A stretch of DNA of 64,000 nt, taken from IMG/VR virus record IMGVR_UViG_2061766007_002377. The stretch is one strand, 5' to 3'. Made by a program: the position numbers and the translations under genes. Each line of letters opens with the position of its first letter. Within the stretch, counting starts at the first letter, position 1. Shown in pieces: positions 21,669 to 31,115 of this stretch. Under the pieces are notes generated by a model that did not search any database, was not told where the DNA came from, and was given only the letters and a program-made list of their open reading frames with translations. The stretch comes from an uncultured virus (IMG/VR IMGVR_UViG_2061766007_002377). Taxonomy: Duplodnaviria > Heunggongvirae > Uroviricota > Caudoviricetes.

Positions 21669-22845
21669 AAGAAATCAGGAGATTCTTGCCCTTCGTGACG
21701 AGGGCAGATACTACGCCTCCTTTGATGAAAGGCAGAGATGTGTCGCAGAAGATTGGGGAGTCTGTTTAGACGGCGAAACAGGAATTACTGTTGTTTCCGT
21801 TCTTGGCCCCACAAGGGCAAGCTATTGGGGCGCAGGAACATACTCAAGACTTCGTGCAACAATCGAAAGCCTTAAAGACAGAGACGATGTGAAGTGCATC
21901 GTGCTTGAAATCAACTCCCCCGGCGGAGATGTCAACGGCCTGTTTGAGTGTTGCAGATACATTTCAAAGGCAAAAGAAGACAAACCCATTCATGCCCATG
22001 TGACAGGAATGTGTTGCTCCGCAGCATATGCCATTGCCTGTTCATGCACAGACATCAGCGCAACAGACACATCCGAAATCGGAAGTGTCGGAGTCTATGC
22101 CGAGGCATGGGACGAAAGCGAATACCTGAAGAAAGAAGGAATCCTCGCAAAGATTTTCCGCTCCAAGAACGCGGAGAAGAAGAATCAGAGTGCCTTCACC
22201 GAAGAAGGGGCAAAAGACCTTCAGGCGAAGCTCGACTACTACGAAGACTGCTTCTATTCGGTGCTTTCCGAAGGCAGAAACATGGACAAGGAAAAGTGCG
22301 TTGAGGACTTCGGACACGGCTCTGTGTTCCTCGCATCCGAGGCCGTGCAGAGAAACATGATTAACGGCGTCATGAGTTATGACGAGTTGATAAATACACT
22401 TGCTTCTTCCGACACAAATGAAGAAGAGGCAGAAGGAGATGACATGGACATTACAACCATGAGCGCAGAAGACAGAATCTCTGCGTTTAATGCACTTGTT
22501 CAGGCAGAGCCTTCACTTCTCGCAGAGGTTGAAGGAAGAGCAAAAGCAAGTGAGCGCGAGCGCATCAATGCCCTGAATGCCGAGCGCAATGAAGCCAATG
22601 CCGAGATTATCGACAAGGCCATTGCAGACGGCACGGACATCAGCGCAATCGCTATGGATTTGTATAAGGCCGAGAAAGCCAACTCTGCAAAGAAAGCAGA
22701 GGAGGCAAAGAATCTCGCCCTTATTAGCGCACAGGCAGAGAGCGAACAGAAGATCGTTGGTCTTCAGAATCCCATGCCTGACGAACTGGCTTCCTTCGAT
22801 GCTTTGGTAGCCAGAGTAAACGAAGATGAAAAGGAGAAAAACTAA
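21661..22845 (+). CDS. S49 head maturation protease/scaffold
   Basis: INSPGG, CSAAYAIA, IGSVGV. Confidence 0.9.
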   Translation: MSKRNQEILALRDEGRYYASFDERQRCVAEDWGVCLDGETGITVVSVLGPTRASYWGAGTYSRLRATIESLKDRDDVKCIVLEINSPGGDVNGLFECCRYISKAKEDKPIHAHVTGMCCSAAYAIACSCTDISATDTSEIGSVGVYAEAWDESEYLKKEGILAKIFRSKNAEKKNQSAFTEEGAKDLQAKLDYYEDCFYSVLSEGRNMDKEKCVEDFGHGSVFLASEAVQRNMINGVMSYDELINTLASSDTNEEEAEGDDMDITTMSAEDRISAFNALVQAEPSLLAEVEGRAKASERERINALNAERNEANAEIIDKAIADGTDISAIAMDLYKAEKANSAKKAEEAKNLALISAQAESEQKIVGLQNPMPDELASFDALVARVNEDEKEKN

Positions 22846-23297
22846 TGGCAGAAGTTGTCAAACCCGCCCTTTCACTTGGTCTGGCTTCCACATGGAAGAC
22901 CGCAGTTGTGAAGATTGGTAAGGGTGCTGCAAATGCTCCCTCAAATGACACCATTCTTCCCGTAGGCTACCCTGTTCTGCTTTCAACAGTAAACGGACAG
23001 GAGTATGACGCACTCACAAAGACAGGCATTGCCGCCGCAATCGTTGACACCAAGGGTACAGTCGGTACATCCGTCACAACAGTCGGTGCCGCACTGGGCA
23101 TCCTGATGGAGCCTTGGAAGGTTTCCGCTACACAGACAAACGTAAAGATTGCCTATGCAGGCGAGTTCAACCTTGAGGGCATCTACGAAAGATGTGCAGA
23201 CTTCTTTGTTGCTACAGAAGTAACGCCGAAGATGCTCCGCAATGCTCATGGTCACATCACCATCGTTTCCAACGATGTCGAAGCAATCTACAGCTGA
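22845..23297 (+). CDS. Head decoration protein (gpD position)
   Basis: Between protease and capsid; ALGIL..AGEFN. Confidence 0.6.
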   Translation: MAEVVKPALSLGLASTWKTAVVKIGKGAANAPSNDTILPVGYPVLLSTVNGQEYDALTKTGIAAAIVDTKGTVGTSVTTVGAALGILMEPWKVSATQTNVKIAYAGEFNLEGIYERCADFFVATEVTPKMLRNAHGHITIVSNDVEAIYS

Positions 23298-23312
23298 TAA
23301 GGAGGAAGGCAT

Positions 23313-24368
23313 ATGAATTTCAGTCTTGATATTGTTTCAAAAGGCCTCCCCAGAGTGGCAATGAGGTCAACAACAGCAGCCCCTGTTGATACATTCCTTC
23401 AGGATATTCTCTTCGGCGCACCCTCAATCGCAGGCAATACAGCCGTTGACGGTGTAGTTCTTGAGTACCGCAAGTACGCACCCGGCATTGCCGAGGAAGC
23501 ACTGCGTGGCGAAGACCCCACAAGGATGAACTATCAGAGCAAGTTCAACGATTCCTACATCGTCCCCAACTACTACCATGTCACCGACAGGGTAACAATC
23601 GAGGATGCCGATGTAAGAGTTTTCGGTGAACCCCTTGAGGGCAACGAAGATTCAACAACACGCGTCATGAAGCGTTTTGCCGAGAAGAGAGATGCAATCC
23701 ACGATTCATTCCTCATGGCAAAGGAAGGCATGGCCGCCAATGCAATCTTCAATGCACAGATTGTAAACAAGGAAGGCACACAGGCTCTTCCCATGACAAG
23801 TTCCCTTCTTTCACAGACCGGATCGACAATGTATTCCGACTTCATCGGAACCATTAAGACAGGCTTTAACAACACAAGGAAGAAGAACAAGTCCTTCAGA
23901 CCCAACGCTCTGATTCTGAACCCCACATACGCAATTCTGCTTGTCGAGGCTCTGAACACAGCAGGTCTTCTGAACAAGATGGGTTATGACCTTGCAATCG
24001 CTCATTTTGCTCCTGTCTCCGACAAGGGCGTACAGGTAATGGGCAGTGTCAACACTCCCGCCGGACAGCTCGCAATCCTTGCCTACTACGGCAATGACGG
24101 CACTTCCGATTACATCCCCGACCAGAAGGCAATTCTCTGCAATGCAGACAAGGGTGGCATCGGTGCTTTCGCATACGGCAGAATCCAGGCTTGCGAAGAG
24201 AACGGCGCACCTCACTATGTTGTAGAACAGGAGAGATACCGCCCGTTCAAGGAAGGCAACGGAGACATGGCACACTTTGCAATCGAGGTTCAGAGCGCAC
24301 CGATTCCGGTCATCACAAACCTTGACGGTTACTGTGTATTCACCTCAATCCCCTCTTCATTGAGCTGA
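23313..24368 (+). CDS. Major capsid protein (lambda E-like)
   Basis: 351 aa, synteny, C-terminal QSAPIPV. Confidence 0.75.
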   Translation: MNFSLDIVSKGLPRVAMRSTTAAPVDTFLQDILFGAPSIAGNTAVDGVVLEYRKYAPGIAEEALRGEDPTRMNYQSKFNDSYIVPNYYHVTDRVTIEDADVRVFGEPLEGNEDSTTRVMKRFAEKRDAIHDSFLMAKEGMAANAIFNAQIVNKEGTQALPMTSSLLSQTGSTMYSDFIGTIKTGFNNTRKKNKSFRPNALILNPTYAILLVEALNTAGLLNKMGYDLAIAHFAPVSDKGVQVMGSVNTPAGQLAILAYYGNDGTSDYIPDQKAILCNADKGGIGAFAYGRIQACEENGAPHYVVEQERYRPFKEGNGDMAHFAIEVQSAPIPVITNLDGYCVFTSIPSSLS

Positions 24369-24381
24369 CAGAGGTGCATAG

Positions 24382-24714
24382 ATGATGTTCTACGATGAGA
24401 TATTCCAGAATGTTCTCGAAAACGGCCCCTTCTCACAGGAGGCAAAGCTTGTCATCGAAAACACGGAGTATCTCATCAAAGGCATTTTTTGTTCCGGCAA
24501 TTACGGCATGAACGAGTATGACAAGGGATACTCAACGAAGAAGACCGAAAAGAGACAGTCCTTCAAGATTTCCCTTGCCAGTATTCCGCAGGGCTTGAGT
24601 GAGTCGGACTTGATAAGACAGAGCCTTACCGTCAACGGCAAGGCATGGGTTATCAACGGCATAACGGGCAACGAGAGCGGAGTCCTTGAACTCTCTTTGA
24701 AGGCGGCATCCTGA
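24382..24714 (+). CDS. Head-tail joining protein
   Basis: Synteny; homologue at 47621. Confidence 0.55.
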   Translation: MMFYDEIFQNVLENGPFSQEAKLVIENTEYLIKGIFCSGNYGMNEYDKGYSTKKTEKRQSFKISLASIPQGLSESDLIRQSLTVNGKAWVINGITGNESGVLELSLKAAS

Positions 24715-25298
24715 TGGCAAGAATCCTTTCCGACATAGATACAAAGACAATCAAGACCGAGGGTTTTGAGGAGTTGGCGGAGAAACTGACCATCAGGCTT
24801 CCCTCAACCGTGAGAAGAATGGGCTTCTCCCTTGACGCGAAACTTGCCGTCATCGGAAGAAAACAGGAGCAGATTGAGGCCAACACCCTTGAGATGGGAA
24901 GACCGCAGAGAAAAGGCCGGGGCAGATACTCGGTCTATTCAATGTGGCATCCCCGCAGAGGTTGGGTCTCCACAACAAGAGAGGCCGCCGCAAGCAAAGG
25001 CGGTGGGCCGTTCATGCTTTCCAACATTTCATTCCGTGGGGCAAGAAAGTACAAGGACGCTGTTGTCGGTCACTACACAAGCCAACTTGCAAACCTTTGG
25101 AGTCACCAGACAAAACCATATACTGCCGAGTCTCCCGTAGTCGGACAGAAAGGCAGAGAGAAAACATGGGGAGTCGGAGACAGAAGACCTGCAAGGTACA
25201 GTTGGTCAGCCGTGGCTTCCGTCCTCGCAAGGATGGAAGGACAGGCAGTCAAGCGCACTGAAGCCGAATTTGCGGATCAGTTGAAGAAGGAGTTCTGA
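24714..25298 (+). CDS. Putative neck/tail completion protein
   Basis: Synteny, basic; divergent homologue at 47947. Confidence 0.45.
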   Translation: MARILSDIDTKTIKTEGFEELAEKLTIRLPSTVRRMGFSLDAKLAVIGRKQEQIEANTLEMGRPQRKGRGRYSVYSMWHPRRGWVSTTREAAASKGGGPFMLSNISFRGARKYKDAVVGHYTSQLANLWSHQTKPYTAESPVVGQKGREKTWGVGDRRPARYSWSAVASVLARMEGQAVKRTEAEFADQLKKEF

Positions 25299-25299
25299 C

Positions 25300-25743
25300 A
25301 TGACATTGAGACAGACCCTTGAACAGGTACAGCAGGACATCGTGAACAACCTTGATAACTACATCAGGTCAACCGAGGGTTCTGTGGAAGACTGGTATCA
25401 TCCTCTGGAGTATCACGATGATGCTCCGAGTTGGGAGACTGACAGATTCCGCATGGGTATCTATCTTTCCTCTCCTGACGGACAGGTATATACCTCTACC
25501 GCCTCTGCTTCAAATGTCATGGTGACTCTCGACTGCGTTCTTGATGATGTGCGTGAGCATAGCAATTATCCGCAGTTGTACCTGTCCGCAATCGTGGACT
25601 ACTTGAGAAAAAAGACCTACGGCGTGTCCTCAAATGTTGCAACCGCCCAAATTGTCAGAACGGATCTGGATGCTCCGGTTAATGCGTTAGCCGTGGCAAT
25701 CAGCATAACAGTCTATGCCAATGACATGGACTACGATTTTTGA
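25300..25743 (+). CDS. Putative tail terminator
   Basis: Acidic 147 aa directly before the major tail gene. Confidence 0.5.
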   Translation: MTLRQTLEQVQQDIVNNLDNYIRSTEGSVEDWYHPLEYHDDAPSWETDRFRMGIYLSSPDGQVYTSTASASNVMVTLDCVLDDVREHSNYPQLYLSAIVDYLRKKTYGVSSNVATAQIVRTDLDAPVNALAVAISITVYANDMDYDF

Positions 25744-25758
25744 TTTAAGGAGTAAGCT

Positions 25759-26472
25759 ATGGCACAGCTTAACAATGTTAGAGACGGAAGAAAAGCAAAG
25801 GTATTCCTTGCTTCTTTCGGCACAACAGAACTGACCACCGTTGCCCTTGGAAAGATATATGTAATCTCTGCAAAGGCAAGTGGCACAACTGCTTTCGGCA
25901 ACCTGAAGGTCGGTGACTTCTTCATCGCAACAGGCTCTACTGCACCTTCTCTTGAAACAGGAGACAAGTGCTTTGAAGTCACTCCCCTGTTCCTCGGCGG
26001 AGCAACGGACAAAGACATCTCCTTTGAGAAGTCAACTACAGATGTGACCTGCGACAAGGATGCCGCTTCCAATGTCACATCAGACGGCACTGTAGCCTCT
26101 TCAGGAAGCGTGACTGCCTATGACCTCATTCAGACAGGCACAACCGCAGCGAACACAATCCGCCAGAAGTTCAACAAGATGGTTGAGTACGCATCAGGTA
26201 CTCCCACCGCAACAGAACTCGACAGAACAGAGAAAGATGTTCTCATCTTCATCTGGGACGCAAGAGACCTTGAGACAGGCGAGTATGTCGGCGTTGACTT
26301 CGTACCTGCCTTCCTGTCTTCACAGGCTCACGGTTCTTCCTATGGCTCCGGTCAGACATTCACAGTCAACTTCACAGGAGCAGACAGTGATGAAGCCGGC
26401 CACAAGAGAAGTTATCAGCAGTTTGCATATCAGAGTGAGTTTGGCGCACAGCTCGACACTTGGTGTGCATGA
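25759..26472 (+). CDS. Major tail tube protein
   Basis: TTDVTCDKD motif; precedes chaperone and tape measure. Confidence 0.65.
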   Translation: MAQLNNVRDGRKAKVFLASFGTTELTTVALGKIYVISAKASGTTAFGNLKVGDFFIATGSTAPSLETGDKCFEVTPLFLGGATDKDISFEKSTTDVTCDKDAASNVTSDGTVASSGSVTAYDLIQTGTTAANTIRQKFNKMVEYASGTPTATELDRTEKDVLIFIWDARDLETGEYVGVDFVPAFLSSQAHGSSYGSGQTFTVNFTGADSDEAGHKRSYQQFAYQSEFGAQLDTWCA

Positions 26473-26576
26473 TAGAGCATTGACCCTTGCAACGGGTTGG
26501 GGTGCGATGACTTCAATCCCCTGTTCGTTGCAAGGTTTACTTTAATCAAAAATCGTTGCAAGGAGTTAAATACACA

Positions 26577-27334
26577 ATGCTTGATATTAAGATTGAGAAC
26601 ATTGATGAATCAAAGGCAGACCTCGGAGTAAGACACGAATACATTCCGCAGGTACTTTTCAATCTCGCAATAGAGAATGAGGAAGACAGGGTTGTAGTGG
26701 ATTGCGACCACTTCCTCCCCGGTGAGATGTCCAAGTACATGACCACCAACGAAGACAGGGAAATGGCCTATGACCTGCGTAAGGTCTTTGCCAAGAAGGT
26801 CAAAGGCATCCGCAATCTGCGGATCAACGGCAAACCTGTCACAACCGCAGAAGCCCTTCTCAAATATCCGTCAACTCTTGAACTTGATTCTCTGGTGATG
26901 GATGTTGCCCTTCACATAGTCAAGGGAGAAAGGCTCACGGGAGATGAAAGAAAAAACTTGTCATCGGCTTCCAACTCCTCCGAGGGAAACACCTCTACGA
27001 AGAGCTGAAGCCGAGGGATTATAGACCGTCTGCCCTACCGGAAGAGTTAATCCGATGTTGGGAGGATGTGACAGTCGATGAGAACGGCAAGCGGAAAGTA
27101 GAGAAGATTTCCCTCATGCAATGGAGGGATGTCCCGCAGTACCGCACAGAGTTCCTTGACCGCTGCATCAGGCTTTACAACCATTGGCACTTGTTCGACA
27201 AGGCACCGCCGAATGGTAACGGATGGGCAAATGAACGGAGCGTGATAGTCGAGATTCTTGAACTTCTTGAAATAGAGAACAACGAATACGATGCATGGCT
27301 CCGTGATAAAGAGGATGCGAAGCGTCCCAAATAA
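26577..27334 (+). CDS. Tail assembly chaperones G/GT via -1 frameshift
   Basis: A AAA AAC at 26951-26957 links ORF ending 27008 to the open -1 frame ending 27334. Confidence 0.75.
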
Positions 27335-27346
27335 AGGAGAGAGAGC

Positions 27347-28314
27347 ATGGCCGATTTGAAGTTGAAAATCGTTACTGACATATCACAGTCACAGAAAAAA
27401 CTGAACCAAGAAGTCGGCTCTGTAAACTCTCTTACAAATGCCCTTATCTCCACGGGAAAAGAGGGAGACAGGCTCATCAACGCCCTTGAGAGAGACCTTT
27501 ATCTTGCCGCAAGCAAGGCAGGCAACGGATTAAAGAGCCTTCAGGAACAGGCAAAGATTGTCGATAAGACCTTTGCCAAACTGAAGGTCGGCGTTAAAGA
27601 GACAGACGCTACATACAAGTCCGTGGCACAGGCATCGGAGTATCTTCATCGGCAGATAAGCATACTCACACAGGCCGAGAAAGACGCAACAGACGCAAAG
27701 AAGGCACACAACGAGGCCTCGGAAAAGGCTCTGGCCTTGCAGAAGTCCCTTGCCAACATTCAGAGCCGTACACAGGGGTCTGTCGATTTCCTGTCCGTCA
27801 CAGGCGGAAGTGAACTCGATGTGGCACAGGCTCAACTGCGTGGCTATGAGCAGACCCTGCATGAACTCATCGAGACCAAGGGTCTTGAGAACGATGAGAC
27901 CAAGAAGGCCATAGTCAACTACAACGAACAAAAAGACACCGTAGAGCGTCTGAAGCAGGCACAGGCAAGTCTTACCACCTCCATAAAGGCGACAGTCAAG
28001 GAGAACGAGAAACTGCCGTCCTCCTTCAACAAACTTCTCTCGGTTGCCAAGAACATCCTCAAGTTCCAACTTCTCATGGGGCCGATTACATCTCTTGTCC
28101 GTGGCTTCAGAAACACGCTCTCCGATTCAATCAAACTCGCAGGAGAAGCCGAGCAGAGATTCTCAAAACTTGCAACGGTCTTTGACGGATTCGGAGACTC
28201 TGCAAAGCGTATGGCTCAGAGTCTTGCATCTTCAATCGGTGTTGCAAATTCCACCGCCGCATCTGCCCTGTCCACTGTCGGAGACCTTCTGCAAGCTCAG
28301 GGCATGGGAACAGG
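27347..28314 (+). CDS. Tape measure protein, N-terminal part (ends at gap)
   Basis: MADLKLKI start, coiled coil, block shared with 50572-53574. Confidence 0.8.
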
Positions 28315-28535
28315 NNNNNNNNNNGGCAAACGACCTACCCATTTCCTTGGCCGCCTTGGTAATTGAGGGAAATGTCACAGCCAAATTGCCTCTTGAAACC
28401 ACAACTTCTCTCATACAACTGCCCTCCTGCAATCTTCTTTCCACTCAAACAGCCTGTCCGGTTTGCCTTTCAGACTGACCTCTATTTCCTTCTTGTCCTC
28501 GGTGCGTTCTGCGCTCTGTGTTTCTTCTTTCTCGC

Positions 28536-29009
28536 TCATGCGCCCTCCGAAAGAACTTCATTGATTGCGCTGATGACTTTTGAAAGCCTCTGAATCTGAC
28601 TGTATTTCTTGCGAAAATAACCCAATTCCTCTTTTGCCCTTGCAAGCAAATTCTCTGCCTTGTCCTCATCCAGAAGGATTGTCCGCAGACTCTCATAAGA
28701 ACCGCCCTTTTCAGGAAGGTTGAAAATCTTGACTGAAACATCCTCCCGGCCGTTCTCAATGACCTCTGACTCTCTGACAACGATTGCGCGGATCATTATT
28801 GAAGCCTGATGCCTTCTGTAGTTCTCCGCAGCCTTGGCGTCATCCCACTCAAAACCCTTGTGAATCGGAGAATCTATCGGCCTTGCCTCATCCACCAGAT
28901 CCTGCGGGGTGAGCCTTCCCTCGTTCTCCAATTTCTTCATAATCAGTCCGGCGTCTTCTGCCTTGACCGATGTTCTGTAACCGCTCATCCATGAACACTG
29001 AAAAACCAT
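28536..29009 (-). CDS. Conserved phage protein, partner of the Cas7-like/repeat module (second N-terminal variant at 29036-29233)
   Basis: LTPQDLVDEAR..DSPIH..FEWDDAKAAENYR..QA; GGAGG RBS. Confidence 0.7.
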   Translation of the reverse strand: MVFQCSWMSGYRTSVKAEDAGLIMKKLENEGRLTPQDLVDEARPIDSPIHKGFEWDDAKAAENYRRHQASIMIRAIVVRESEVIENGREDVSVKIFNLPEKGGSYESLRTILLDEDKAENLLARAKEELGYFRKKYSQIQRLSKVISAINEVLSEGA

Positions 29010-29249
29010 GTGTTTCCTCCTTATCNNNNNNNNNNTCTACGGTAATTCTCCGCAGCTTTGGCATCATCCCACTCAAAGCCTTTGTGAATCGGAGAATCTA
29101 TCGGCCTTGCCTCTTCAACCAAATCCTGCGGTGTGAGCCTGCCTTCGCTCTCCAACTTCTTCATAATCAGTCCGGCATCCTCTGCCTTAACCGATGTCCT
29201 GTAACCACTCATCCATGAACATTGAAAAACCATGTTTCTCTCCTTTATT

Positions 29250-29884
29250 CCTTGACTGCCTTAACGCGACCCACCGTGCCATAACTGGCCCTGCCAGTCC
29301 CTAACAGACCATAACTGCCGTGCCTTTGCTCACCTAGCCACTCCACAACACGCCCCACTGCGACCTGACCCACCTCGACTGCCACGTCCTAACTCAACAC
29401 ACCGTAACCGAGCGCACCTGTCCATGCCTTGCCTTAACTGCCTCGCCTAACCAGTCAAAACCTTGCCTCGCCAAACTCTGCCTGACCATGCCAGAACATT
29501 CCTGACCCCAACAGACCTCGCCTGAACGCACCATGACTGCCTTGNNNNNNNNNNCAACACGCCCCACTGCGACCTGACCCACCTCGACTGCCTTGCCAGA
29601 CCAGTCCAAGCCTTGCCTCGCCAAACTTTGCCTGACCATGCCAAAACATTCCTGACCCCAACAGACCTCGCCTGAACGCACCATGACTGCCTTGCCGTAT
29701 CTCACCCTAACTCGCCTTACATTGCCTTGCCGTACCTGACCGAGACTGCCACGCCTTGCCAGAACTAAACAGTCCTTACCCGAACACAGCCCACCTCGGC
29801 TCACCGAGACTGCCTTGCCGTACCTCACCCTAACTTGCCTTACATTGCCTCGCCAAACCAAACCCCGACACGCCCCGCGTTGCC
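29250..29884 (-). repeat. GGY-NN pentamer array divided by GGCAGTY into units; putative guide-like ncRNA
   Basis: Strict 5-nt periodicity; 9 delimiters spaced 59/64/59/99/[gap]/99/59/64 nt. Confidence 0.85.
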
Positions 29885-29888
29885 CTTA

Positions 29889-29932
29889 TGGGTGACAAGA
29901 GGAATCGAACCCCTTTTCAGCCATTGCCACCC
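29889..29932 (-). ncRNA. tRNA-like minihelix (acceptor stem plus T-arm only)
   Basis: GGGTGGC/GTCACCC-A stem; AAGGGG-TTCGATT-CCTCTT T-arm; 10-nt linker. Confidence 0.7.
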
Positions 29933-29940
29933 TGTTTGTG

Positions 29941-30624
29941 TCAGTTCTGTCCCGATACTTCAAACAGTCCATACTGACCTTTCTTCTCCATGCGCCACTC
30001 ACCGACTCCGCAGCACATTCCGCCTGCGTTGATGTAGTTGACAAGCTGTTCAATGGAGATTTTTCCACCTTCAATGTAGGTGATATTCAGATCCGCCCAC
30101 CAAGAACGGAACTCGCCTCTGTAACGGATGTCGGCAACCTTTGTCATTCCGCCGACCTTTACCATGTCCTCTCTCATAACGGGCATTTCGCCTTTGGGCA
30201 GATGAATTTCAACCATGCCGTCAAGACCGCCATCAATGTAGAACATGGCATCAAGTTCCGACTTCTTTGCGTCAAGAACTCCAAGTCTGTAGGCGCCGGA
30301 ACTGATTGCCTGTTTGAAGGCTGTTGCAGGGAAACCCCACCTTGCACCTTTTTCACAGGCTTCGACAAATGCCTCCATTGTCATTTCTTCGGGCATTGTG
30401 TTATCAAGCCAATACATTGACCTGATGAAGTCCGCAACAGGATTCTTTGCTTCCTTGGATGCGCTCTTTACTGCCTTGGTCTGCTTGTCCAGGATTTCCT
30501 TCTTTGCCTTCTCGCTCCATGCGTGCATGATGAGCGGACTCTTTCCTTCGATTCTGATTGTCACAGTCTTCTTCTTGAACTGGACAAGTCCTACCTGTAC
30601 GTCTGCTGTCTTTTTTGTTGCCAT
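29941..30624 (-). CDS. Cas7/RAMP-like protein
   Basis: IEGKSPLIMH, GFPATAFKQA, IRYRGEF..W, C-terminal Gly-rich loop GVGEWR..KGQYGLFEV; AGGAGG RBS. Confidence 0.65.
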   Translation of the reverse strand: MATKKTADVQVGLVQFKKKTVTIRIEGKSPLIMHAWSEKAKKEILDKQTKAVKSASKEAKNPVADFIRSMYWLDNTMPEEMTMEAFVEACEKGARWGFPATAFKQAISSGAYRLGVLDAKKSELDAMFYIDGGLDGMVEIHLPKGEMPVMREDMVKVGGMTKVADIRYRGEFRSWWADLNITYIEGGKISIEQLVNYINAGGMCCGVGEWRMEKKGQYGLFEVSGQN

Positions 30625-30773
30625 AATCCTTTATCCTCCTTGGTTATGCCTTTTTTATTTTTCCTCTTTCATGGCCTCTTTCATGTTCAAGGCCAGAACA
30701 ATATCCTCATAACTGACTGCCCCCTCATTGTCCTTGGGAAGACTGTCAAGCAACTTTGCAAGTTCGCCCTCTG

Positions 30774-31115
30774 TCACAGAATCAACTCCAACTGATCGTC
30801 ACCGACCAAAGACCGCTTGAGGGCCTTGAGCTGCCTGAGCATTGCCTTTGCTTTTCTCTCACGCTCTGCATAATCAGCCATTGCTATTGCCCTTTCTTCC
30901 GCATTGTCCAAACGTGGTCTGAAATAGCCTTTGCGGTTGCAGGAAGAACAGATAATCACGCCCTTCTCTTTCATCTTCTGAAGCTGTATTCTCATCTGGG
31001 AGTCACACAGACCCGTTTCCTCGCACAACTGCGCCCTTGTCTTGGTGTTCTCGATTCCGACTCCAATATCCTCAACACGCAGGTTTCTTGCACTGTTATT
31101 CCTGATACGCCCCAT
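30774..31115 (-). CDS. Winged-HTH-like phage protein
   Basis: Homologue of 8946-9290. Confidence 0.6.
   Translation of the reverse strand: MGRIRNNSARNLRVEDIGVGIENTKTRAQLCEETGLCDSQMRIQLQKMKEKGVIICSSCNRKGYFRPRLDNAEERAIAMADYAERERKAKAMLRQLKALKRSLVGDDQLELIL

Noticed and set aside
29394..29861. ORFs over the pentamer array
   Set aside because: Low-complexity translations in several frames; 5-nt periodicity and unit lengths of 59 and 64 nt do not fit codon structure
29250..29884. Classical CRISPR array
   Set aside because: No 23-50-bp direct repeat with unique spacers; only a 7-nt delimiter and internal pentamers; no cas1/cas2
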